A stretch of DNA of 64,000 nt from a virus: positions 1-64,000 of IMG/VR virus record IMGVR_UViG_3300025530_000001; one strand, 5' to 3'. The notes under the pieces were generated by a model. It saw nothing but the letters and a program-made list of their open reading frames with translations. It made no database searches and had not been told where the DNA came from. Positions within the stretch are counted from its first letter, which is position 1. Every line of letters begins with the position of its first letter. Shown here piece by piece: positions 52,601 through 61,600 of the stretch. The translations under genes and the position numbers were made by a program.

Positions 52601-55600
52601 GAGTGCCTATCGTGGCGATCGCATCATCGAATTCCGTCCTAACTCCTATCGTTTGGCGCTTAGCGACTGGGAATATACGAGTGTCACCTCGACCATGCAA
52701 GAGCGCTGGGAACATACCTTGTTTCCGACGTTTGAGAACTGGTTCGGATTGAAGAATCTGATCCGAAGCAGAGAGGATCTCTACTGGTGGGAAATCAAGC
52801 ACTACTATGATCGTCCTTACTTGCTGACCGGCTCCATGTTCAATCCAAATACGCCATTCATCGGCGACATCGGCAATGCGACAATCGGGCAAATTTTCAA
52901 GCCGATCCGTCAAATGCATCCGGAATATTGGGGTGATCCGGTGCTCATGCAAGAGCAGGCGGATCAGTATGGGGCTCGTCCGACTGAGCCGATTATGACA
53001 AAAATCTCTCCTGCCGGGCGCATGGAGCATGTGGTTCCAGCAACGGTGCAAGATTATGGATCATCTATATTTCCGACGATTCCGGTCACTGGTGATCCAT
53101 ACGCAGTGACGCAAATCCGAAGCCTTGCACAAAGTGCAGGAATGCGCATGCCTCAATACTTTGTGACCAGGAATTTGAGCACAGACGGCTATTATACAGG
53201 AGACTTTGTGCTGCAAAAAACCAGGTCTGGCCAGGCCGTGTATGTTCCTGCAGATATTGGAGCAGCAGGATTCACGCCTGAGCAGCTGTTCGAAATGGGA
53301 GCTCCTGCTTCGCCATATATTGAAACCAAGCCGAGAGGATTGATGGAGCAGGAATATCCATATCGAAGTGAATTCAAATATCAAAAGCTCCTCAATCTGC
53401 AGGATCCACGAGATTTAAATTATCAGGCCAAGCAGTTCTTCGACAACGTTCGTGAAACACTCGGTATTTATAACTGGATTGGAGAAGAACTGACTGGATC
53501 TAAGCCTGAAAACAGAATGATCATTCAAAAAGCAGACTATGCGAACAACTTGTCGAACACCTTCTGGGAATCAAATCTCGGCTCGCTTGGCGGCGATTTT
53601 TCAGAAATCATGCGCCGTTTCCTTCGGAGAGATGACGGAAAGCAAGAACAATACAACCCGATCCGGAACACCATGCCTGATTGGCTGCCAGGCGGCAATT
53701 ACTTCATCAACTTCCAGGTGGGTGATCCGTACTCCAAGATTCCTCATGGCGAATATCGTCTTCCAGGTGAAGCTTATGAGCGATTGAATTATCTCCACCC
53801 GGACGAAACAGGCAGATATGGCGCATTCGATAAGTTTAAGATACTGGCAGATGTAGCGCCATGGAGCGAAGAGTATAAATTCTGGAAGGAATATGTCGAG
53901 GAAAACATTACGGATCCTGAGTTGAGGAAGCAAATTGCTGTAATCAAGGATCAAGTCGCTAGACGAAAAAGGAAATATGAGTTTACTCCATACCGTTTTG
54001 CAGATGCAGAAATCGAAAAACAGAAGGTTACTGTTACCAAGTTCCTGGACGATTACACCTTCTTGACAAAAGAATTTGGCGACACACCAATCCGCCTGGC
54101 AGGCATGCAGTATCAGGCCAATGCAGAGGGAGTGCTGCAAAGCTATATCAGTGTAGGAGATCGTATTACCATTGGCATCGATCCCAATCCGGCCAGACGG
54201 ATTTCGGATGACACTTACGGCACCATCCGGGCAGTTGTTTACCGAAACAACACGAATATTAACAGAGACATCCTGGAGCGGGGGCTGATGAAGGAGAACA
54301 AGAATGATTTCTCTGCAGTCGGTGTTCATGCTAGGTATACGCCTTCTGAGATCCGGTCCGGCGCTCGGTGGGAAAGACTAGCGCACGCAGATACGCCATT
54401 CAACACCAAGTTCCTTCCGGTTCGCACGGCACTCGAAGAGTACGAGCGGGATCAAATATATGGGAAGGACTGGGCGACCTGGGAAGGCTTCCTCATGAAA
54501 GACTATGGAATTCCGATTTACCATAGTGCCATCAAAGATAACCCCATTATGGCCGGCGCACAAATCGCCGGATGGGCCACAGTCTTGGCTTATCTGTTTT
54601 TGCCAAGAGGAAAAAGCGGACGCCATCACTGGTATTGGGGTTTAGCGGGGTTTGCAGCTGGTGCAGGAGGCAGCCTCTGGAGAATGGGCTATGAAGCTTC
54701 GACCGGAGAGGCTTGGATTCCTGAAAGGCGCCGTATCGAACATGACATCAATGAATACTTCGACATCCTGAAATACATGAAGTATACCGGACTCTACGAG
54801 CGAGCCAAAGAAGAGCTGCTTCAGCAAGGCATCGACATCGAAGCCATAGAGACCGAGCGAGAGCTCAAAGAGCAAATGACCAAGGAGCGTCGCAAGGAAC
54901 TTGAAGCAGAGCGAAGAAGGTTGTTTATTGAGCAGCCAGCAGGTTGGGAAGAGCGAAGGAGAGAGATCAATCAGGAGCTCAAGATTATCTCACAAAACAA
55001 GGATGAGCTTTTTCTCCCTGAAGCGGTTCTGCAAGCATTAAGTTATAAGGAAAAAGCAGAAACCACCTTGTATGCAGTAGATCCGTTTGGCGATCGCATG
55101 AAAGTCATGCAGGCCATGCCGCACAAGGATCGATGGTTCTTCAATGAATTTGCCAATGCAGAGGATTATGAAAAGGAACGTATCCTGGAGCTGGTGGCAC
55201 CTAATCAACGCCGCATATACAAGGCTCTGTGGGGCGGTGAGCTTGAGCCTCAAATCCCGCTGGAGGAATATTTCAAAAACCGATACTTGCCAGGCCCGGA
55301 TTGGATTGGATGGCGACCAGAAGTCAATCTGGATGACATTATGGTTAAAGCCGTTCAGGAATACGATCTTGACCTGAATGATTTCAACTTCTGGGATGAA
55401 GACGTGGCAGCCGGGCAGCTGGCGCCTGATCTGAATGAAGAAGGAAACGGCATATATGGATTCTCCGGATATAAGGATATGCGGAAAAACATTCGGGAGA
55501 TTCTGGAAGGGAAAGGTCTTCGGGACGTGTCGGTTACAGTTACACCATCAAGTAGTCAAGGCGCACGCATCGTAATGAATTACCAAGAAGATCGTAGTCG

Positions 55601-55646
55601 GGAGATCGACAACTACTTGCGGTACAATATGGAATACTTGATGTAG
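49665..55646 (+). CDS. giant tail-module protein (tape-measure candidate) with TM segments and an SNase-like OB-fold segment
   Basis: 1,993 aa with AAGGAG RBS. Follows the chaperone pair. TM-like stretches MMVGTGIAAGALAVAY, IMAGAQIAGWATVLAYLFL and WGLAGFAAGAGGSLW. SNase-like segment at 54027-54306. Confidence 0.6.
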   Translation: MPEMENEYSSYLDMDSRPMSRYLRSDRERDEDAPLLRKMMVGTGIAAGALAVAYRTGGMRKLAGAIEVYGKGIAQAAKETMDQESGGHLFRLFGHAVSAPAGRRLFNKEFVERAKRSIEQRKRAVAQFGANREYDMQRLIRQLNRMVDKKVPYHIEEGIRFNLVIDELRKSHHFSEEQVNQVARAFLKANQESKGSFSLKYTHDREIIFHLNNAGIADKDTVEKILAARKKHRIIQDEKALQDMKERISRMQERLTRQAYNEMQEMTRKDGFLKRAIRGHRQATVQDVLDMHHAGRIKLDEETYKSLNRIIRQNQKFGDAIFDEQLYVKTRNGKAHDLIDYKIFNEMKWKMVDYWATSLPGGLLHLRDFLNIREARLKSPFDIIGRGSIQPGLNAQMGIANNEMLKSEVVYVNGRFYNLFDGGTRDTPLEPLNKGRRMYGISSQFGTIGKIMQHTSGIVTGVKENQNWFARTFDLGNQSKESGFRSVLSGITKFGNPEWGRNLIYDALNHGVDYDDFFKIKNYFERYTKGFSPRVLNNITDHLPTHLRRFIQDNEINFSREEDMLKLFEYLANPDMMVNINGVMQKNIAANGASEDLKRLWRQYERDKYEFMAKKQPVGEASLLGFGEYTNIQTSMDQVRQQMGLEILRQISEANMMHGSTPVSFKGILKDLREAGKISLEDMRQAEDLYAHYQFMSSGRHIYSSTDIALAQINGLFRGTSERSREFQEQIQRMVRKTNPIFQRFSGIRPVNQVGDDLIYVNEAFENGFFQQFTSFRGVADLFRQAFAGRRNMEDFTTLTAYNMYIPFRLQDALGNVGLGFSDRSMGNAAQIWSSLLLKRFLPAVAIPTYAEYIDDKTDQYFGTSISERWEIYKATRELRLAAERDPSDIYGILTNAKTSDELKREMSLRPGIEHFGAGPELYLPGIGKVGVLRTIGKLLGGGAPVDEKDTYTVEELQDYYAYGVDEVRQGRWWLFGSKSAYRGDRIIEFRPNSYRLALSDWEYTSVTSTMQERWEHTLFPTFENWFGLKNLIRSREDLYWWEIKHYYDRPYLLTGSMFNPNTPFIGDIGNATIGQIFKPIRQMHPEYWGDPVLMQEQADQYGARPTEPIMTKISPAGRMEHVVPATVQDYGSSIFPTIPVTGDPYAVTQIRSLAQSAGMRMPQYFVTRNLSTDGYYTGDFVLQKTRSGQAVYVPADIGAAGFTPEQLFEMGAPASPYIETKPRGLMEQEYPYRSEFKYQKLLNLQDPRDLNYQAKQFFDNVRETLGIYNWIGEELTGSKPENRMIIQKADYANNLSNTFWESNLGSLGGDFSEIMRRFLRRDDGKQEQYNPIRNTMPDWLPGGNYFINFQVGDPYSKIPHGEYRLPGEAYERLNYLHPDETGRYGAFDKFKILADVAPWSEEYKFWKEYVEENITDPELRKQIAVIKDQVARRKRKYEFTPYRFADAEIEKQKVTVTKFLDDYTFLTKEFGDTPIRLAGMQYQANAEGVLQSYISVGDRITIGIDPNPARRISDDTYGTIRAVVYRNNTNINRDILERGLMKENKNDFSAVGVHARYTPSEIRSGARWERLAHADTPFNTKFLPVRTALEEYERDQIYGKDWATWEGFLMKDYGIPIYHSAIKDNPIMAGAQIAGWATVLAYLFLPRGKSGRHHWYWGLAGFAAGAGGSLWRMGYEASTGEAWIPERRRIEHDINEYFDILKYMKYTGLYERAKEELLQQGIDIEAIETERELKEQMTKERRKELEAERRRLFIEQPAGWEERRREINQELKIISQNKDELFLPEAVLQALSYKEKAETTLYAVDPFGDRMKVMQAMPHKDRWFFNEFANAEDYEKERILELVAPNQRRIYKALWGGELEPQIPLEEYFKNRYLPGPDWIGWRPEVNLDDIMVKAVQEYDLDLNDFNFWDEDVAAGQLAPDLNEEGNGIYGFSGYKDMRKNIREILEGKGLRDVSVTVTPSSSQGARIVMNYQEDRSREIDNYLRYNMEYLM

Positions 55647-55659
55647 GAGCGTGGCATAT

Positions 55660-58600
55660 ATGGCTGATCATGAATTGAATGCTAACCGGGCCATTAATGG
55701 AAATGCTGAATCAGAAAGCCGAGCGGCTGGAAAGAAGAAAAAGAAGGTAACCATAAGACAAAAAATCGAATCACTCTTGGGCGCCGGCGTGCAGTCGGCA
55801 CCCGTTCCTCCATCCAAACAGTTTGAGCTGGTATCAACCTTTGGCGTGTTGAATCGAGCGCCATTTGAAAAGGATCCAGATCGCTTGAATAAACTCCAGC
55901 CGACGATCAACCTGATTCATAAAGCGATGGCAGATGCAGAAGCGTTTCGCAACAAAGGAACCATCAAGTCGCAAGGATCTGTGATTTTCACCAACTTCAA
56001 CAGCCCTCACCAAATGGGAGGACAAAAGGAAATTGAAACACTCTTAAGGTTTGAGAGAACCAAGCAGAAAAACATATTCGCTTATGACGTTGAAACTTTT
56101 GGAGACATCAAAACAGGCGATGGCTTTCACATCGTGGAGATTGCATTTCAAGAACTGGAACGCACAAATAAAGATGCCTTTCGCTCCACGAACAATCGTC
56201 AGAGCCTGCTGATCAAGCCGACTGAATCTGCCCAGAAATACCTGAGACAACTTATCCGTCGATTTGAGGCTGACCCATATATCTTCAATACATTGGATAG
56301 TGCAGCACAGGTTTCTCTTGTTAACTTGATGCGATATTCAACGATCGGCGGAGAAGGAATCAGTGTTGCCAATCTGGATGAAGCCAATCTTTCTCACAAC
56401 TCAATCATCAACAGCGTGTATCGCAAGGTAGACAACTACATTAACGCGGAAAAACTGCTTACTCATAAAGATCTCTATCTTAAGCACATCAAGTCAGGCT
56501 TCCAAAACCTGATCAGCCTGGGAGAAAGGCATAGTGTTTCGAATGCCTTAGAGCGTCTCAGAAACTTCTATAATCCCATCGCTGATCAATACTTTGTTTC
56601 ATACAATGGCGTTGGCTTTGACATCAAAGCTTTCGAGTTGTTTGGAGCCAAAAACAATACGAAAATCGATTTGCCGCAGAAGCATATTGACTGGTATCGC
56701 TTGCTCACAACTGCATATCCAAGCTCCGGATATTTTCACTATAAAGTGCTTGGCAGACAGAATGGGCTTGGATTTGAGCAAGGCGCCTGGACCCTGAACG
56801 AAATGCGCAGGAGCTTGGGCATGGATACAAGCGAAGCCCACCTTGCAATGGCAGACGTTGACGACCGTGGCCTTGGTGGAGTATTTTCTGCAACGCATCG
56901 CAAAGTGTATAACGAAATCCTGAAGGCCAAACGAAGAGAGAAAAAATTGCAGAAAAGTGGCTCCTTGAATCGGCCGCCAGTTTTCACCTGGTCAAATAAT
57001 AGTGCCTTGAAAATTGGGCAAACCCTATTTTCACCATCTGGTGTCATGATTCATGGTGGCGGTGAATATGATTTTCAGGCCAGAATTGACGAAAATGGAA
57101 ATTTGACTGTTCTCAATCCGGAGTTCCAGAAAACGGTTTTGAATGCAAGAACCTTTTACAAGGTTGATGCCTTTATGGAGCTTAAGGACAATGCGGGGAA
57201 TATCATTGGCCACACATTGAGGTTATATGATGAGGATAACGATATATATACGTATATCAACCGCTACGGTCATTCCTCCATGGCTGACATCCAGACATAC
57301 GTTCAACAGAACCTCTATAACTGGGATGGCATCTCAAAGCAAGAGAGACTGGCAATTCGTGAAGAGCGTACTAGAGACAGGGCTCGCCGTGATTATGAGC
57401 GCCTGACCTCGCTGGCCGGCGCCGGAGCTGGTAAAACATATGGTTTTGAGGCTGCGAAACGGGCCTATGCAAATGTTGAAGTTTACGAGAAGCGGGTCAA
57501 GGGCGGCAAGAGAAAATACATTGAGCAAAGAGCCGCTGAACTCATGGAGGAAGAAGCTGAACGATTGGGCGTCACTGATCCAAAAGAACGTGAAGTCATC
57601 AGGCAGAAATATATTGGACAGTTGATGGCGAATCGAATAAGTCATGAAGAAATGCTCAAGGCCATGGATTTCAACAGCCAGGCTGTATATAAGAACGGAG
57701 TCTTCAAAGGATGGACAATTAAGCCAGAAGAGCAAGAATCGTTCTTCAGAATGGCACCGCGTTTGATGTCAGAACGGGAACGATTTCAGGAAGCTATGAA
57801 GATTATCGAGGAGCATTTCCCCATCGAGAGCATGAGTGGAGCTGAATTGGAGAAGGCTAAGCAGCGCCGCGACATGGCATTTCGCATTTACGCTCGCAGT
57901 GTGGATGGCGTGCTTGGAAGACACGTTGAAGAACATGCGCTTAAGGAATATGAGCGACATGGATACACCTTCATGTTCGATGGCAGGCAGCGAAGAATCA
58001 ATTTCCTCTCATTGGATAAAGCAGAGAAAAGTATCTGGTCAATTGTAAGGGAGGCGCCTGAAGGAGATCCACAGTTCCAGGTTCACCGCCTGTATCAATT
58101 GATCAATGCGTTGCAGGAGTCAGGGGCATTCAACAGAAAAATGGCCAACAGACTTATCAATAACATGTCCAATTTCAGTAGAGTCGGCGACATGGTGCAG
58201 AAGCTGGCATTAGAAATGATGAATAATGCCAATTATCTACAGGACACTGTTGTAATCAATTCCTTGAAGCCGAGGGATATGACCAGACTCACTGCAGACC
58301 TGAACATGGAACTGGCCAGAGCTGCCATTCAGAAAGTGCTTAATGCTGAGGGCAAGGTGCTTCCTGGTGGGATCGTCAAACTCGCACCAGAAATCGAGCA
58401 ACGTATTCAAGCGATTGAACCGGTGGATCATATTTCGGGGCTTAAAGCCAATAACCGGGATGCGATCGCTACGGTCATTAACGCTATACACAACACCCGC
58501 TATAACCTTCAGTATGAGCTGGCTCTGAACAAAGATCCAAATGCACCAGTGGCCAGGATTGTCGTGTTTCGACCTGAGCACTCAACGAGTGTAACAGAGG

Positions 58601-61600
58601 CTATTGAGTCCGGAAGGAAACATCCAAGGGCTGTTGAGATTGATCTTCCACTTATCAATTCGGAGGGCTACCAAATCTATGGCAAGCGAAACCTGATCGG
58701 CCACAGTGTTGCCATCCGAGAAAATGGAATGACCAAACTCATCTCAACTGCACAAATGGTTGGCATGCAATATGCCTATAACATAGAAAAGATCTTGAGC
58801 CCAATCATTGGCGAGGATCCGGACTATGAGCTGGCCAATTATCGAAGCAAAAGGTTCCTTGATGATGTACTGAAAAATGTAGCTGCTTCGTCAGACAATC
58901 CTCATGAGTTCAATGATGCTTTTGAAGCAAAAGGAGTTCTGAGTGACTTCGACAAGATGACTCATGTACGCTTGGCTCCTGCTTATATTCACGACATGAT
59001 TAAAGATATGACTCTTAAAGAACAGGAAGCCTTTCTGACTGACGATGCGTTCTATTGGACGCATGAAGATGGCCGAGCCACGAAAAAGGTAAAAACCTTC
59101 CTGACCATGGATCATGTGCGCAAAGATAGATTCAATATGTTAATGGGTATCATTGACTGGGCAAATTCGACAGAGTGGGAAGGAGAGAAGCCGGAGCTTT
59201 TTTTCAATGCTATCAAAGAGAACAATGCTGCAAGGGCGATTCTCTCCACACAAGACTTGGCAGAGAAGACCTTGTATGGTCGATTCATCAATCTGGCCCG
59301 TCCGAATATGATCCAGAGAAGAAATTTCTACAGCATCACAGAAGATGTCGCCCAAAAGTTGTCTCAAGTCAATGGATATGTGAACTTGGATCCAATTGTC
59401 GAAACGGAGTCCAATTGGAAGTTTCTTGATAAATACATGGCCAATACAAAAGAATATTCAGGCGTCAATGTGATGGTTGCCTATATGGATCCTGAAGAAG
59501 TCTATCGAAGAACAATGGCCATGATGAATGACGCGGAGGGACGAGAAATCCTCCGAGAAGAGGGAATTCTGGTTACCCGAAATGGCCAGGAAGTTATTGA
59601 TCCGGTTCGTCTCAAATCAACCTATGAAAACCTGTCAATTATTCAAAAAGATCTGATGAATGCTCTGGCATTCACTGATTCCAAGCGGTTTGACAAAGGA
59701 GAAGGCACATTCCAATGGCACAAAAAGTTTGTCTCCGATGCATCAAAACTCTACGGAGATTTTGCGGCGGATGGCACTGTAATGGAAGGTGCTATTGTGA
59801 AACCGGGAGATGTGATTGGCAGAAAATACGAAGATGGAGTATGGAAAGAGATCGTCTATGAAGAGAAGATAGAAGGCAGATTAAAAGGGACTGCCAATCA
59901 AATCTTTCAGGTGGAATATACGGATACGAACCCATTCAAGTTTTCGTTCGGCGGCGAGAAGGGTACTGACTTCAATGCAGCTGGTAAACGTTTTATGCAG
60001 CGATTGACTGGCAGTGATCAAGTTGTGGCCGTCATTGCACCAGACCCTGGCAAACGTAAATTCTACGGGATGCTCATGGAAGGTCAGGCAAAAATGATCT
60101 TGGATGAGCTGAATAGGCGAGGACAAGAAGCACGAGCTCAACTCGTAGAACAGCTCCAATTGAATCGTATTGGTATCATGCTTGAAAACGGCAGATTCGT
60201 GGATCGGAGTTATCTCATGGACAGTATTGATGTTGAAGCCTTCCATGAAATTGCTGATCAGCTCGGCGTTAAGTTTAAGACAGATGCTGATGTTCATGTG
60301 GGGATTTTGGAGATGCGCCTCATGCGCAATCCAAGATACTTCAAGACAGTGGACGAGACAGGGAGAGCGATCATCGGACGTGATGAAGCGGGCAATAAGA
60401 TTTATGCTCGTGGCGAACGTGATGGCGTTGCTTATGGTCACCGTGAGATGAATGTGCTTGAGCGCATTGGCGCAACTAAGACTTATGAGCATGTATTCAA
60501 TGAAATGCGCAGGCAAGGGCTAGAGACAGGCAAATGGGTTGATGCCCTCAACACTGACTATGCGATTATGGCACTGGCCGGCGATCCTGCAACTGAATCT
60601 TATAAAGATCGTGTAGTGAAGTCATATGACTTTAACCTCATGCCGGAGGTTGACCTGGATGACTTCACCATTAAGGGCACAATCCTGGATCATGAAGCCG
60701 TAGCTAGGCAACTGGGTGTTAGCACGGATGAGCTCGGGAAGTTTTTCTGGCTCGACTTGAATACTGAGGTTGACGTGGAGCTGGAAGGCAAGGGGAAAGG
60801 CACCACCAAGATCAGTCGTATTCCTGTGCCTGTCCTGAATCATTATTATGATGAGTCTGGCAAGATTCGATTGAGAGATTCACAGCAACTTATCGCCAAT
60901 ATCAATAACAGCCTGAAAATGAAGGCTCGTTCTGTTGGCAAAGGAGAAAGAGGTCCGAAGGGTCCAGATTATTGGGACAGACGGATCGCAGCTGATGTAA
61001 AGAATTATCTTGATCAATTAGTGATGGATGCCACCTCGTCAAAGGGGTTGTCGGGCGAAGGCGCCTTAAAGGTCAGACTCGGGACATCTGCTTCCGGCCT
61101 AATGAAAACCATAGATCCATTTGCTTCGCAGCACGTCGGAGATGAAGTCACCTGGATCTCGGTGCAGCAGGCAAAAGATATGGGCATCTATGAAAAGCTC
61201 ATCGGCGAAAACAACATCGGCACAGCCATGGAAGAAGAAATTCTGAATGACTGGACAAGGCAGCAGTATAAATACGCCGAAGTTACCCGCTTCCCGACAA
61301 AGAGTATCCATGCCAAGCAGTACACCCGTATAGTGATCGATCCGGGTCTGACAACAGGCAACATTGCCACTACTGCTTTCTCCGTGCTCAAGCTGGAGGG
61401 TGACAATGACGGTGACGAAAGCCATGTTGTGGTAATCGACAAAGACGAAGTTCAAAAAGAGTGGAAGCGTCTGGCGAACGAGCGTAAGGTGTACTATTCC
61501 GATGGTCAAGATTGGAAAGTGTTCCAGAATCAATGGGCAGCCGAACTCGCTGAAAAGAAAACGGAATTCGATCTGAAAGAGCTTGCCAAACGTGATTTCG

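Noticed and set aside
61390-61440. Toprim-type reading of GDNDGDESHV (compare GyrB DADVDGSHI)
   Set aside because: The upstream RFPT...H...Y strand with ~35-aa spacing matches the RNAP beta-prime / RdRP barrel. No Toprim-type conserved Glu strand was seen upstream. This remains to be settled by profile search.
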